From positions 4,064,001 to 4,128,000 of the forward strand of contig OZ251539.1 of the NCBI GenBank assembly GCA_965243135.1: a DNA stretch of 64,000 nt, given 5' to 3'. Below are positions 28,975 to 40,348 of this stretch, piece by piece. This DNA comes from Alphaproteobacteria bacterium (lineage in GTDB: Bacteria; Pseudomonadota; Alphaproteobacteria; MPNO01; UBA830). Position 1 is the stretch's first letter. Every line of letters starts with the position of its first letter. The notes under the pieces are model-generated. The model was not told where the DNA came from, did no database searches, and was given only the letters and a program-made list of their open reading frames with translations. The position numbers and the translations under genes are program-made.

Positions 28975-29175
28975 ATTGCCCGCGGCTTCGCTCCGCGACG
29001 CCGCCGTTCCGGTTCGCATCCAGGAGGAAGGCGAACCAAATGAAAGAATGCGTCGCGGCTCCCGGAGCGCGACGCGACGCCGACGGCGCATGAACGGGAA
29101 CCTGTCCCCGCCTCCCGCCTCGGTCGCGCCTTCCATGCTGCCCCGCTGTCGCCGGTCGGCCGCGTTTCGCGACCG

Positions 29176-30174
29176 ATGAAGCCGCCGCCGCCCGTTCGAA
29201 GCGTCGCGGGATGGCTGTTCCTTTGCAGCGCCCTCGTATTCGCGATGGTGCTCTTGGGCGGCGCGACGCGCCTCACGGAATCCGGATTGTCGATGGTCAC
29301 CTGGAGGCCGGTGACGGGATGGCTTCCTCCTCTCGGAGACCGGGATTGGGCTGTCCTGTTCGACGCCTATCGCGAAACCCCGGAGTTCCGACGCCTTAAT
29401 TTCTGGATGACGGTGGAAGACTTCAAGCGCATATTCTGGCTGGAGTACCTTCACCGGCTGCTGGGCCGCGTCGTCGGCCTCGTCTACGCCTTGCCGCTCT
29501 TCTGGTTCGCCGCGCGCTACCGGCTGCCCGGCCGCCTCGCCGCCCGGCTCGTGTTTCTGCTCGCGTTGGGCGCGGCGCAAGGCGCGCTCGGCTGGTACAT
29601 GGTCAAATCCGGCCTCGTCGACCGGCCGTCCGTCAGCCAGTACCGGCTTGCGGCGCATCTGGGCCTCGCGGTGGCGATATACGGCATGCTGCTGCATACC
29701 GCGCTCGGATTGAGGTCCCGCCGCCCCTCCGGGAGCCGGGCCGCGCTGCCCGTCGCCGCCCTGACGTTCGTCACGATGATCTGGGGAGCGTTTCTGGCCG
29801 GCCTCGACGGCGGAAGCGTCTACAACACCTTCCCCCTGATGGAGGGCGAACTGATTCCGCCGGAAGCGGCCTCCATGTCGCCGCCCTGGCGCAATCTCTT
29901 CGAAAACGTCGCCGCAGTGCAGTTCCTGCACCGCGCATTGGCGGTCCTCGCCGTCCTCGCCGCGCTGGCGGCGTGGTGTAGGATTCGCACCGCCGTTTTC
30001 GCCGTTGCGGCGGCGTTCGCGGTCGCCCAGTTCGCGCTCGGCGCCGCGACGATTCTGACGGGCGCGCCGCCGGCGCTGGCATGGATGCATCAAGCGGGCG
30101 CCATGTTTCTCTTCTCGGCGGCCGTTTGGGCCTGGCCTCGCGGCCGGCTTGACGGCCTCCGCGCCTCCCGCTAG
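29176..30174 (+). CDS. ctaA: heme A synthase (COX15/CtaA)
   Basis: GGATRLTESGLSM, EYLHRLLGR, GWYMVKSGL, RLAAHL, QFLHR, HQ. Confidence 0.93.
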   Translation: MKPPPPVRSVAGWLFLCSALVFAMVLLGGATRLTESGLSMVTWRPVTGWLPPLGDRDWAVLFDAYRETPEFRRLNFWMTVEDFKRIFWLEYLHRLLGRVVGLVYALPLFWFAARYRLPGRLAARLVFLLALGAAQGALGWYMVKSGLVDRPSVSQYRLAAHLGLAVAIYGMLLHTALGLRSRRPSGSRAALPVAALTFVTMIWGAFLAGLDGGSVYNTFPLMEGELIPPEAASMSPPWRNLFENVAAVQFLHRALAVLAVLAALAAWCRIRTAVFAVAAAFAVAQFALGAATILTGAPPALAWMHQAGAMFLFSAAVWAWPRGRLDGLRASR

Positions 30175-30182
30175 AAAGGTTT

Positions 30183-30240
30183 CGTGGCGATTTGCTCCGA
30201 CCGGCTTGCGGCCACGTTAAAGAAATCCGCTAAAAGGTCG
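30183..30240 (+). promoter_or_regulatory. SAM-II (SAM_alpha) riboswitch
   Basis: CGTGGCGATTTG...CCGGCTTGCGGCCACGTTAAA...CGCTAAA matches the alphaproteobacterial SAM-II pattern and sits upstream of metZ. Confidence 0.85.
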
Positions 30241-30306
30241 GCGGTTTCCCAGAGATCCCGGCCGGCCGGGGCGCATCGCGGGCGCGCAGCCCGGGGGAAC
30301 GGCAGC

Positions 30307-31503
30307 ATGACGATCAACAAACCCGTTCAGAGCGGTTGGCGGCCTCAGACTCTCGCCGTGCGCGGCGGGACGAGGCGCAGCGGGTTCGGCGAAACGAGCG
30401 AGGCGATCTTCGCGACGTCCGGGTACGTCTACGAGTATGCGGAACAGGCCGAGGACGCCTTCAAGGACCGGATCGACCGGTTCGTCTATTCGCGCTTCTC
30501 CAATCCGACGGTCGATATGTTCCAGGAGCGCATGGCGCTGATCGAGGGAGCCGAAGCCGGCAAGGCCGCCGCCACGGGCATGGCGGCGGTCTTCGCCTCG
30601 ATGGCCTGCATGGTGGAAGCGGGAGACCATGTCGTCGGCAGCCGCGCGCTGTTCGGTTCCTGCCTCCACATCCTGACCCAAATCCTGCCGCGCTTCGGAG
30701 TCGAGACGACCATCGTCGACGGCACGGATCTCGACCAGTGGGCGGACGCCCTCAAGCGCCCGACCAGATGCGTGTTCATCGAAACGCCGTCCAACCCGGG
30801 ACTCGACATCGTCGACATCCGGGCGGTATCCGCCCTCGCCCACGAGGCCGGCGCCAAGGTGATCGTCGACAACGTGTTCGCTTCGCCCCTTCTGCAGAAG
30901 CCGCTGAAGCTCGGCGCCGACATCGTCGTCTATTCGGCGACCAAGCACATAGACGGGCAGGGACGGTGCCTCGGAGGCATCGTCCTCGGAGACGCGGACT
31001 ACTGCGAGAACGCCCTCAAGCCGTTCCTCCGCCATACCGGTCCGGCGCTCAGCCCCTTCAACGCCTGGGTGATGCTGAAGGGACTCGAGACCCTGGACAT
31101 CCGCATCGAACGGCACTGCCGGAACGCGCGCGGGATCGCGGATTACCTGGCCGGCCGCGGCGACCTCCTGAAAGTGCGCTATCCCGGGCGTCCCGACCAT
31201 CCGCAGCACGGCCTGGCGGCGGCGCAGATGTCGGAGTTCGGGAACATCGTCTCCTTCTCGCTGGAAGGCGGCAAGCGACGCGCCTTCCGCTTCATGAACG
31301 CGCTCGACATGATCGACATTTCCAACAACCTCGGGGACTCCAAGAGCCTGTTGACGCATCCGGCGACCACGACGCACCAGCGGCTGTCCCCGGAAGACCG
31401 CGAACGGCTCGGTATCGACGACGGCATGGTTCGGCTTTCCGTAGGCCTCGAGGATCCGGAGGACGTGAAGGACGATCTCGACCGCGCGCTCGCGGCGGCC
31501 TGA
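30307..31503 (+). CDS. metZ: O-succinylhomoserine sulfhydrylase
   Basis: GETSEAIF, YSRFSNPTV, VYSATKHIDGQGR, ISNNLGDSKSL-THPATTTHQ. Confidence 0.93.
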   Translation: MTINKPVQSGWRPQTLAVRGGTRRSGFGETSEAIFATSGYVYEYAEQAEDAFKDRIDRFVYSRFSNPTVDMFQERMALIEGAEAGKAAATGMAAVFASMACMVEAGDHVVGSRALFGSCLHILTQILPRFGVETTIVDGTDLDQWADALKRPTRCVFIETPSNPGLDIVDIRAVSALAHEAGAKVIVDNVFASPLLQKPLKLGADIVVYSATKHIDGQGRCLGGIVLGDADYCENALKPFLRHTGPALSPFNAWVMLKGLETLDIRIERHCRNARGIADYLAGRGDLLKVRYPGRPDHPQHGLAAAQMSEFGNIVSFSLEGGKRRAFRFMNALDMIDISNNLGDSKSLLTHPATTTHQRLSPEDRERLGIDDGMVRLSVGLEDPEDVKDDLDRALAAA

Positions 31504-31575
31504 ACGGGCGGCGTGCTTCCCGTCGCCGGCGATTAAAGGCTACACTGCGCGTCCAGCAACAATCGGGTTACGACG

Positions 31576-31962
31576 ATGTACTCAGCCACCACCCGCGACA
31601 TCCTCGTCGAAGTGCAACCGGTCTTCATCGAAAGCCGGTCGGAACCCGGGCAGTACTTCTGGGCCTACAAAGTCCGCATCGCGAACGGCGGCTCCGAAAC
31701 GGTCCAGCTGATCTCCCGCTACTGGCACATCACCGACGGAATCGGCCGCGTGCAGGAAGTCCGCGGCGCGGGCGTGGTCGGCGAGCAACCGGTCATCGAT
31801 CCCGGCGAAGACTACGAGTATGCGAGCGGAACGCCGTTGCCGACGCCTTCGGGGATAATGCGCGGCAACTACCAGATGCGAACCTCGTCCGGCGAAAGCT
31901 TCGAAATCGAGATTCCGGCGTTTTCCCTGGACAGTCCGCACGAGGCGCGCAAGCTGAACTGA
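31576..31962 (+). CDS. apaG: ApaG domain protein
   Basis: [34 protein letters not shown]. Confidence 0.95.
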   Translation: MYSATTRDILVEVQPVFIESRSEPGQYFWAYKVRIANGGSETVQLISRYWHITDGIGRVQEVRGAGVVGEQPVIDPGEDYEYASGTPLPTPSGIMRGNYQMRTSSGESFEIEIPAFSLDSPHEARKLN

Positions 31963-31963
31963 C

Positions 31964-33412
31964 GTGCTCGACTTCCGGCCGATTCTCTACGTCGCCGGCA
32001 TTCTGCTGACGACCCTGGCCGCCGCCATGTGCGCGCCGCTCGCGGCGGATCTGCTGGCCGGCAACCGGAACTGGCTGGTGTTCGCCAGCGCCGCTGGCCT
32101 GACCGCCTTCGTCGGCGTCACCCTGATTCTGACCATGCGATCGACGTCGAAAAGGCTTTCGATCCGGCAAGCCTTCGTGCTGACCACGGCGACCTGGCTG
32201 ATCCTCACGTATTTCGCGTCCCTTCCGTTCGCGTTCGCCGATCTCGGACTTTCGTTCACCGACGCGTTCTTCGAATCGATGTCCGGCCTCACCACGACAG
32301 GATCGACGGTGATCGACGACCTCGGCAAGGCGTCGAGCGGCATACTGCTTTGGCGCGCGACCTTGCAGTGGCTGGGCGGCATCGGAATCATCGTCATGTC
32401 CATTGCGATCCTTCCCATGCTCAGGATCGGCGGCAACCAGCTGTTCCGGACCGAGTCTTCGGACCGCTCCGAGAAAGTGATGCCGCGCATGGCTCAGATC
32501 GTGACCGGCGTGGGTCTCGTCTATTTGGGCCTCACCGTCGTTTGCGGCGCGTTGCTGTGGTCGGTCGGCTTCGGAAGCTTCGACGCGACGGCGCACGCCA
32601 TGACGACCATCGCGACCGGCGGATTCTCGACGCGCAACGGCTCGATCGGCGCCTTCTCCAACCCCGCCGCCGAGGTCATCATCACCGTTTTCATGTTTCT
32701 CGGCGCGTTGCCCTTCGCGCTCTACCTCCAGGCCGCGCGCGGCAAGCCGATGACGCTCTGGCGCGACGATCAGGTCCGCTGGTTCTTCTGGGTCGCGCTG
32801 GGGTTCATCCTGGCGGTGGCGATCGCCCATTACGCGCGCAACGACATCGGCCTGGCGCGCGCCCTTCGGGAGGCCGCGTTCAACACGCTGTCGATCATGA
32901 CCGGCACCGGCTACAGTTCCGCCGATTACTCCCATTGGGGAGCGTTCGCGACCGGCGTATTCTTCTTCATCATGTTCATCGGCGGCTGCGCGGGATCCAC
33001 GACGTGCTCGATCAAGATCTTCCGATTCCACGTGCTCTACGAAACGGCGAAGGCGCAGATGAAGCGGCTCATACGGCCGCACGGCGTGTTCGTCGCCACG
33101 TTCAACGGACAGGAGATCACCAGCGAGGTCGCGAGCTCCGTCATGAGCTTCTTCTTCCTCTTCATCACGACCTTCAGCGTCCTTGCGGGAGCCCTGCACT
33201 TCATCGGGCTCGACTTCCTGACCGCGCTCTCGGGCGCGGCCACGGCGATCTGCAACGTCGGCCCGGCGCTGGGAGACATGATCGGTCCGAGCGGAAACTT
33301 TTCGGAGCTGGAGGACAGCGCCAAGTGGGTCCTGTCGGTCGGCATGCTCCTGGGCCGGCTCGAGCTGTTCACCGTGCTCGTCCTCTTCGCGCCCTGGTTC
33401 TGGCGCAACTGA
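31964..33412 (+). CDS. trkH: Trk potassium uptake membrane protein
   Basis: FESMSGLTTTG, QWLGGIG, ATGGFS, IGGCAGST, NVGP, MLLGRLE. Confidence 0.95.
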   Translation: MLDFRPILYVAGILLTTLAAAMCAPLAADLLAGNRNWLVFASAAGLTAFVGVTLILTMRSTSKRLSIRQAFVLTTATWLILTYFASLPFAFADLGLSFTDAFFESMSGLTTTGSTVIDDLGKASSGILLWRATLQWLGGIGIIVMSIAILPMLRIGGNQLFRTESSDRSEKVMPRMAQIVTGVGLVYLGLTVVCGALLWSVGFGSFDATAHAMTTIATGGFSTRNGSIGAFSNPAAEVIITVFMFLGALPFALYLQAARGKPMTLWRDDQVRWFFWVALGFILAVAIAHYARNDIGLARALREAAFNTLSIMTGTGYSSADYSHWGAFATGVFFFIMFIGGCAGSTTCSIKIFRFHVLYETAKAQMKRLIRPHGVFVATFNGQEITSEVASSVMSFFFLFITTFSVLAGALHFIGLDFLTALSGAATAICNVGPALGDMIGPSGNFSELEDSAKWVLSVGMLLGRLELFTVLVLFAPWFWRN

Positions 33413-33416
33413 CGCC

Positions 33417-34553
33417 ATGCACCCCCTGACCGACGACGCCGCGGCCATTCTGCGGGAGCTGGTCGGTTTCGACACGACCTCGCGGAATTCGAACCTGCCG
33501 CTCGTCGAGCGCGTGGCGACCCGCTTGCGCGACAGCGGCATCGAGTCCCGGATCATCGCCTCCGACGACGGCGAGAAGGCGAACCTTTTCGCCACCGCAG
33601 GCCCGGATGTCGAGGGCGGCGTCGTTCTTTCGGGACATACCGACGTCGTTCCCGTCGACGGACAGGACTGGTCGAGCGATCCCTTCGAACTGACCGAACG
33701 GGACGCGAGGCTGTACGGCCGCGGCGCCGCCGACATGAAGGGCTTCCTCGCCTGCGCTCTCGCCCTTGCGCCGCGGTTTTCGCAAGCGCCCCTGCGCCGC
33801 CCTCTGCATCTGGCGTTCTCCTACGACGAGGAGGTGGGGTGCCTGGGGGTCGGACGGATGATCGATTTCATCCTCGACGAAACGCCGGAACCCGGCGCGG
33901 TCATCGTCGGCGAACCCTCCGGCATGGGCATCGCCAGCGCGCACAAGGGCATATGCGCCATGACCACCGCGGTTCGGGGACAAGAAGCGCATTCCAGCCG
34001 TCCGCAGGACGGCGCCAACGCGATCGCGGCGGCCGCCGCCGTCGCGTCGCACCTGTACCGGTTGTGCGACGAGATGGCGGAAACGGAGCGCGACGAACGG
34101 TTCGACCCGCCGTTCACGACCTTCAACGCCGGCCGGATCTCGGGCGGAACCGCGGTCAACATCGTTGCCGGCGAATGCGTTCTCGAGTGGGAATTCCGTC
34201 CGATACCGTGCGCCGATCCGGACGCGATCGTCGAGCGGGTCGAAGCGTTCTCCTCCACGCTTCCGCAAGACGTGCGCGTTTCCACGACGCGCAACGTCTA
34301 CGTGCCGCCGTTCGACGCGCCGAACGGGTCGCCCGCCGAGGAGTTGGCCCGGCGCGCGTCCGGCCGCAACGACAGCGGCACCATCGCCTTCGTCACCGAA
34401 GCCAGCCTGTTCTCCCGGGCAGGGTTTCCGGCCGTGATTTGCGGGCCGGGCGACATCGCCCAGGCCCACCAGCCGGACGAGTTCATCGAGATTTCCCAGC
34501 TGTCCGCGTGCCTGGAGTTTCTGGACGCGATAGCGGACGAACTGCGGGATTGA
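33417..34553 (+). CDS. argE: acetylornithine deacetylase (M20 family)
   Basis: LSGHTDVVP, GRGAADMKGF, SYDEEVGCLG, VGEPS, AHQPDE. Confidence 0.9.
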   Translation: MHPLTDDAAAILRELVGFDTTSRNSNLPLVERVATRLRDSGIESRIIASDDGEKANLFATAGPDVEGGVVLSGHTDVVPVDGQDWSSDPFELTERDARLYGRGAADMKGFLACALALAPRFSQAPLRRPLHLAFSYDEEVGCLGVGRMIDFILDETPEPGAVIVGEPSGMGIASAHKGICAMTTAVRGQEAHSSRPQDGANAIAAAAAVASHLYRLCDEMAETERDERFDPPFTTFNAGRISGGTAVNIVAGECVLEWEFRPIPCADPDAIVERVEAFSSTLPQDVRVSTTRNVYVPPFDAPNGSPAEELARRASGRNDSGTIAFVTEASLFSRAGFPAVICGPGDIAQAHQPDEFIEISQLSACLEFLDAIADELRD

Positions 34554-34611
34554 TTCTCGGCGGAACGCCGAAAGGCCGCCGCGCGGCAGCGACCGTCCGG
34601 ACGGGCGGACG

Positions 34612-35049
34612 TCACCTCCGATACTTCACGAATTCCGTCAAACGGCCCACGCGATCATAGAGCCGCCGCGCAGTCGCGTTGCCTTCCTCCGTAAGCCAGT
34701 AGACCTGATCGGCTCCTCGCGCGTCCGCCTCCGAATAGACCGCTTCGATCAGGCGACGGCCGATCCCCGTCCGCCGGGCGGCCGGTTCGACGAACAGGTC
34801 CTCCAGATAGCAGCGATGCGCGATCGCCCACGTGACGGGATGGAAGAGGTAATGAACGATGCCCACGAGTTTCCCCGCGTCGCCGTCCGCGCACAATCCA
34901 TGCACCTCGGCGCCGGGATCCAGCAGTCTTCGCCACGTCGCCTCGGTTACTTCGGGTGGAAGTTCGACGCGATAGAATTCCAGGTATCCGTTCCAGAGCG
35001 CCTCCCAGCCTGCGCGGTCGGCGACCGTCAACGGACGCACCGCAGTCAT
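34612..35049 (-). CDS. GNAT family N-acetyltransferase
   Basis: [32 protein letters not shown]; ATGA overlap with the upstream ligase. Confidence 0.9.
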   Translation of the reverse strand: MTAVRPLTVADRAGWEALWNGYLEFYRVELPPEVTEATWRRLLDPGAEVHGLCADGDAGKLVGIVHYLFHPVTWAIAHRCYLEDLFVEPAARRTGIGRRLIEAVYSEADARGADQVYWLTEEGNATARRLYDRVGRLTEFVKYRR

Positions 35050-36734
35050 GCCGTGCGAACCTCCTGCAGTTCCAGCTCCTCGACCATGCGTTCGCGCATG
35101 ACGAATTTCTGGACCTTGCCGGTCACCGTCATCGGAAAGGAGTCGACGAACCTGACGTAACGGGGGATCTTGTTGTGGGAGATCCGGCCGCGGCAGAACT
35201 CGACGATCTCCTCGGCGTCCGCGGTTTCGCCCTCGGAAAGCCGGATCCAGGCGCACAGCTCCTCGCCGTACTTGTCGTCGGGGACGCCGAACGCCTGGAC
35301 GTCGGCGATCTTCGGATGCCGGTAGAGGAACTCCTCGATCTCCCGGGGATACAGGTTCTCGCCGCCGCGAATGACCATGTCCTTCATGCGGCCAACGATA
35401 TTGAAGTATCCGTCGGCGTCCATCGTGGCCAGATCGCCCGTATGCATCCAGCCGCTTTCGTCGACGGCTTCCGCCGTCTTTTCCGGATCGCCCCAGTAAC
35501 CGCGCATGACCGAATACCCGCGGGTGCAGAATTCGCCGGCGACCCCGACCGGCGCGACGCATCCGTTCTCGTCGACGATCTTGACCTCGAGGTGAGGCTG
35601 CACCCGTCCGACCGTGGAAACGCGGCGGTCGAACGCGTCGTCGACGGAAGTCTGGGTCGACACCGGACTGGTCTCGGTCATCCCGTAGGCGATGGTGACA
35701 TGCCGCATGTGCATTTTTTCGATCACCTGCTTCATCACCTCGACGGGACACGGCGAGCCGGCCATGATGCCCGTGCGCAGGCTGGAAAGATCGAACCGGT
35801 CGAATTCCGGGTGCCGGAGCTGGCCGATGAACATCGTCGGCACGCCGTAGAGCGAGGTACAGCGCTCCGCCTCCACCGTCCGCAGAGTTTCCAGAGGATC
35901 GAAGGCGCCGGACGGAAACACCATCGCCGCGCCGTGAGTGACGGCCGCCAGATTGGCCATGACCATGCCGAAGCAATGATAGAGCGGTACCGGAATGCAG
36001 ATGCGGTCTTCTTCCCCGAGCGACTGGGCGGCGCCGACGAAGTAGCCGTTGTTGAGAATGTTGTGATGGGTCAGCGTCGCGCCCTTGGGAGAACCGGTCG
36101 TGCCGCTGGTGAACTGGATGTTGACAGGGTCGTCGAACTGGAGTCTCGGCGCCAGCGCGTCGGTCGCCGCCGGGCCGGCCGACGCGCCGCGCGCGAGGAC
36201 GTCGTCGAAGGAATGCATCCCGGGTGCCGCTTCTTCCCCTATCTGGATCACGCATCGGAGATCAGGCAGCTTCCCGGCGCGCAGCGCTCCCGGTTCGGCA
36301 TCGTCGATCTCCGGCGCGAGCGTTCGGATCATGCCGACGTAATCGCTGCTTTTGAACGCCGTCGCGGTCACGAGCGCCCTGCAACCGACCTTGCCGAGGG
36401 CGTATTCCAGCTCTTCCAGCCGGTAGGCGGGATTGATGTTCACCAAGATCAGGCCGGCTTTCGCGGTCGCGAACTGGGTGATCACCCATTCGGCGCAGTT
36501 AGGGGACCAAATGCCGATGCGGCTGCCGGGCTCCAGACCGAGCGCGGCAAGTCCGGCGGCGAAAGCGTCGACCCGCTCCTTCAGTTCCGACCATGTCCAG
36601 GAGACATTCTGATGACGCACGACGAGCGCGGCGCGGTTCGCCCATCGTCCGGCGGCGGCGTCGAACCGGGCGCCGATCGTATCGCCGATCAGCGGCCGGT
36701 CGGACGCCCCGTGAGCGTAACTCGATTTCGCCAT
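35046..36734 (-). CDS. AMP-binding acyl-CoA synthetase
   Basis: [38 protein letters not shown]. Confidence 0.92.
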   Translation of the reverse strand: MAKSSYAHGASDRPLIGDTIGARFDAAAGRWANRAALVVRHQNVSWTWSELKERVDAFAAGLAALGLEPGSRIGIWSPNCAEWVITQFATAKAGLILVNINPAYRLEELEYALGKVGCRALVTATAFKSSDYVGMIRTLAPEIDDAEPGALRAGKLPDLRCVIQIGEEAAPGMHSFDDVLARGASAGPAATDALAPRLQFDDPVNIQFTSGTTGSPKGATLTHHNILNNGYFVGAAQSLGEEDRICIPVPLYHCFGMVMANLAAVTHGAAMVFPSGAFDPLETLRTVEAERCTSLYGVPTMFIGQLRHPEFDRFDLSSLRTGIMAGSPCPVEVMKQVIEKMHMRHVTIAYGMTETSPVSTQTSVDDAFDRRVSTVGRVQPHLEVKIVDENGCVAPVGVAGEFCTRGYSVMRGYWGDPEKTAEAVDESGWMHTGDLATMDADGYFNIVGRMKDMVIRGGENLYPREIEEFLYRHPKIADVQAFGVPDDKYGEELCAWIRLSEGETADAEEIVEFCRGRISHNKIPRYVRFVDSFPMTVTGKVQKFVMRERMVEELELQEVRTA

Positions 36735-36901
36735 CCTCCCGCTCCTTTCGTAAAAGACGCATGCTGTCCGGCCTGCGCGACGCGCAACCATTCGAGCGAA
36801 TTATCGCCATCTTGCATTCCGTTTTCCATCTATGGTTCGGAAGCGAACCGGCGCGGGCGGCCGGGCGGCATCCCGCTTGCGAGGCGGAGAAGGGGAAAGT
36901 C

Positions 36902-38626
36902 ATGGTCGGGAAAGCGCTGCGACTTGCTCGGCAAGGATCGTTCTCTGGAATGAGCCCGGTCGAAGAGGCGCTCGAAAATCTCGCTTGCGCAGGAGTCGAG
37001 AAACGGGGAGCGATCTTCACCCGGCGGGAGGTCGTCGATTTCATTCTCGACCTGCTCGGCTACACTTCGGATCGGACGCTGCATCGATGGCGGATTCTGG
37101 AACCGTCCTTCGGGGAGGGCGATTTTCTTCTCGTCGCGGTCGACCGGCTGGCGAAGGCTTGGAGAAACCAATGCCGCGACGCTCGGAACGCCTACGACGA
37201 TCTTCGAGACAGCGTCAGGGCGGTGGAATTGCACCGGGGCTCGTTCGCGGCGACGCGCCCGAAGGTCGTTTCCGTCTTGGCAAGGCGGGGCATCGCAACC
37301 GCGACCGCGGAACGGCTCGCGGACGTCTGGTTGACGCGCGACGACTTCCTGCTGGCTTCGCTTCCGTACGAATTCGACCGCGTCGTCGGCAATCCGCCTT
37401 ACGTTCGCCAGGAATTGATCCCCGACGCTCTCATCGCCGAATACCGAGCGCGCTACGCCACGATATACGACCGGGCCGATCTCTACGTTCCTTTCATCGA
37501 GCGTTCGCTCGGCTTGCTGGCGGAAGGCGGACAGCTCGGTTTCATCTGCGCCGATCGCTGGATGAAAAACCGCTATGGAGGCAGGTTGCGGCAAATGGTG
37601 GCGGAATCATTTCGTCTGCGGGTCTATGTCGACATGGTGAATACGCCCGCATTTCGCGACGACGTGATTGCGTATCCCGCCATTACCGTTATCGGCCGGG
37701 AGAAGCGCGGAAAGACCCGGATAGCACGCCGACCCGAGATCACGGCGGAAGCGCTGGGGAATCTGGCTCGCGAGCTTCTTGAGGACGAAACCTCCGGCGG
37801 GTCGGTGGAAGAACTTGATTGCGTGGCGGCCGGCGCGGAACCGTGGCTGCTGGAAGGCTCGGAGCATCTGGGTCTCGTTCGACGCCTGGAGCGGGATTTC
37901 CCGCTCCTGGAAGATGCGGGATGCAGAGTCGGGATCGGCGTCGCGACCGGAGCCGACAAGGCGTTCATCGGTCCTTACGAAGAACTCGACGTGGAGCCGG
38001 AGCGCAAGCTTCGGCTCGTCATGGCCGCGGACGTTCAAAGCGGCAAAGTGGAATGGCGAGGTCTCGGCATCGTCAACCCGTTTGCCGAAGGGGGAGGGCT
38101 GGTCGATCTTGATCGGTATCCCAGACTTAAACGATATCTGGAGGCGCGCAGGCATGCGATCGCCCGACGCCATGTCGCTCGAAAGGTTCCCGCCAACTGG
38201 TACCGCACGGTCGACAGAATCTATCCTTCCCTCGCGACGACCCCTAAATTGCTCGTTCCAGACATAAAGTCGGAAGCCCATATCGTCCACGAAAAAGGCC
38301 AATTCTATCCGCATCACAACCTTTATTTCATCACGTCCGAAGATTGGAACTTGAAGGCGCTGCAGGCCGTGCTTCGATCAGGGATCGCCAGATTGTTCGT
38401 CTCCGCCTACTCGACGCGAATTCGAGGAGGCTACCTGCGGTTTCAGGCGCAATATCTGCGCCGCATCCGCCTGCCCCATTGGAAAGACGTGCCTGCCGAA
38501 ATCAGGACGGGGCTGACGGCCGCCATCGAATCCGGGGATGACGCCGTTGGAATGATCGCATCGTTGTACGGGCTGTCGGCGCAGGAACGAACCGCCTTAC
38601 GAGGAGCCCGCGGCGGTCGTTCTTGA
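36902..38626 (+). CDS. N6-adenine DNA methyltransferase, PaeR7I/XhoI-like (TaqI/Eco57I family)
   Basis: [64 protein letters not shown]; start could also be ATG 36950. Confidence 0.88.
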   Translation: MVGKALRLARQGSFSGMSPVEEALENLACAGVEKRGAIFTRREVVDFILDLLGYTSDRTLHRWRILEPSFGEGDFLLVAVDRLAKAWRNQCRDARNAYDDLRDSVRAVELHRGSFAATRPKVVSVLARRGIATATAERLADVWLTRDDFLLASLPYEFDRVVGNPPYVRQELIPDALIAEYRARYATIYDRADLYVPFIERSLGLLAEGGQLGFICADRWMKNRYGGRLRQMVAESFRLRVYVDMVNTPAFRDDVIAYPAITVIGREKRGKTRIARRPEITAEALGNLARELLEDETSGGSVEELDCVAAGAEPWLLEGSEHLGLVRRLERDFPLLEDAGCRVGIGVATGADKAFIGPYEELDVEPERKLRLVMAADVQSGKVEWRGLGIVNPFAEGGGLVDLDRYPRLKRYLEARRHAIARRHVARKVPANWYRTVDRIYPSLATTPKLLVPDIKSEAHIVHEKGQFYPHHNLYFITSEDWNLKALQAVLRSGIARLFVSAYSTRIRGGYLRFQAQYLRRIRLPHWKDVPAEIRTGLTAAIESGDDAVGMIASLYGLSAQERTALRGARGGRS

Positions 38627-38738
38627 GGATTGCGACCGCAACGCTCGTCGAGCGGTCAAGATATTCTGGAGGAACCGCGAACAGGCCCGGCTTCGACAAC
38701 GGGCCGTCGGCAGAGTCGATCAAGGGGGACGGCGGTAG
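38610..38738 (+). pseudogene. 5' stump of a PaeR7I-like restriction endonuclease
   Basis: after GAGGAG the frame reads (A)[41 protein letters not shown], resembling the N-terminus I recall for the R.PaeR7I family (AVK-FW-NR--AR...DQG); start codon lost, early TAG. Confidence 0.7.
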
Positions 38739-38864
38739 AACCGCGGGGCGCCGCGGCGGACCGACTTTCCGGTTCGTCTTCGCTCGAGGAATGCCGAAAC
38801 GCCTTTCGCGCCCGGAAACGGATCGAAACCCGATGGCGACGCGCGCCGCGCAGGCCGTCCGGCC

Positions 38865-39452
38865 CTACCGCTCTCGCAACCACGCCTTGAAATGTTCGCG
38901 TGCCTGGGCCTCCAGAGACCGGTCCATGTCCGCCATCAACGCTTCCGTCATCGCGAACCACGCTTCCTCGCGACCGTGCGCGGATATGCTCTCCGAAACC
39001 GTGCGGGACCTCTTAGCCACGGACTCGACGGTCGCGCGAACCTGTCCGTCCGCGCCGACGATCTCCATCTTCACGTCGAGCACGGCGTCGTATCGCTCCG
39101 ACTGCTCGATCCTGAAAAGCCCGGCAACTCCGCCGGTCCGCGCCAGAGGCACCTCGACCACGCTGGCTTGCCGCAGGGTGATTCGCGCCTCCCCGCTCCC
39201 GCCCGCAGCCCGGAAGCGGCTGCGGCCCCATTCGAGCGCCGCCGCGGCGGGAGAGACGGGAAACCGGTGTTCGACGTTGGGCGCCTCGGCCGGAGAGCGG
39301 TAGCCGTTGCGAACCTCCACACTGCCGACTTCCAGCGTTATCGGAGGGAGATGAGCGAACGTGATGCGAGGAAACTCGCGGCTCTGCGGCGGCGGCGTGC
39401 AGGCCGCGACGAGCGCCAGCAACGATATTCCCAGCATGCGCACGGTGATCAT
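38865..39452 (-). CDS. conserved lipoprotein, hypothetical
   Basis: signal peptide with LVAAC lipobox; PNVEH-FPV-P motif; ATGA-coupled to hslO. Confidence 0.75.
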   Translation of the reverse strand: MITVRMLGISLLALVAACTPPPQSREFPRITFAHLPPITLEVGSVEVRNGYRSPAEAPNVEHRFPVSPAAAALEWGRSRFRAAGGSGEARITLRQASVVEVPLARTGGVAGLFRIEQSERYDAVLDVKMEIVGADGQVRATVESVAKRSRTVSESISAHGREEAWFAMTEALMADMDRSLEAQAREHFKAWLRER

Positions 39453-40348
39453 CGGGCGCGATATACCAGATCGAGCGCGTCGGCGCGATAGCGGTAGCCC
39501 CGGCCGCAGAATTCGCAGGTTACGACGACTTCGTCCCCCACCTTCAATTCCTCGATCTCGTCGCGCGGAAAGGAACGCAGCATCGTTTCGACGCGCTCCG
39601 GCGAGCAGCGGCAACGCATTTCGAGGGGCGTCGGATCGTAGACCCGCACGCCGTCCTGATGAAACAGGCGGTACAGCAAACCGTGAGGGTGCAGCAGCGG
39701 ATCCAGGACTTCGCCGTCGCGCGCGCCGCTCATCATGATGACCGCCCGCCGCCACCGCTCCTCGGCGGCGTCGCCGGGAACGCCGGAGTCAGGCAACCTT
39801 TGCAACAGGAGGCCTCCGGCGCGCCACGCCCCTTCGGCGTCGCGCCCGGAACACAGCTTGATCGCGCCCTCGAACTGATCGGACTGCCGAAAGTAGGCGT
39901 GCGCGCAGTCCGCGAGCGTCGCGCCGTCGAGAGCCACGATGCCCTGATACGGATTCATTCCCGCGCCGCGATCGACCGTGAAAGCGAGACGCCCGCCGCC
40001 GAGGAGAGCCGGCACCGGCCGGCTGCGCCAATCTTCGGCCAACTCCGCGACCGCTTCGGCGTCGAACTTCGCCAAACCGCGCAACGCGCCGTCGTTCGTG
40101 AGGTCGACGACCGCCATTCCGACCGGCCCGTCGCCCCTGACCTGCAGCGAAAAGACGCCGTCGAACCTGAAGATTCCCGCGACGAGCGCCGCAAGCGCCA
40201 ACATGTCCGAGAGCAGCGTCGCCACGGGCTCGGGCCGGTTCGCGACGACGGCCTGCGCCGCAGGCCCCAGACGCGCCAGCCGGCCTCGCGCGGCGCCGTT
40301 CTCGATCCGGAACGGCTGGACAATGTCGTCGACCGCTGCGCTTTCCAT
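39449..40348 (-). CDS. hslO: Hsp33 redox chaperone
   Basis: RGRLARLG, YQGIV-L, YFRQSDQ, CRCS...VTCEFCG zinc motif. Confidence 0.95.
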   Translation of the reverse strand: MESAAVDDIVQPFRIENGAARGRLARLGPAAQAVVANRPEPVATLLSDMLALAALVAGIFRFDGVFSLQVRGDGPVGMAVVDLTNDGALRGLAKFDAEAVAELAEDWRSRPVPALLGGGRLAFTVDRGAGMNPYQGIVALDGATLADCAHAYFRQSDQFEGAIKLCSGRDAEGAWRAGGLLLQRLPDSGVPGDAAEERWRRAVIMMSGARDGEVLDPLLHPHGLLYRLFHQDGVRVYDPTPLEMRCRCSPERVETMLRSFPRDEIEELKVGDEVVVTCEFCGRGYRYRADALDLVYRAR

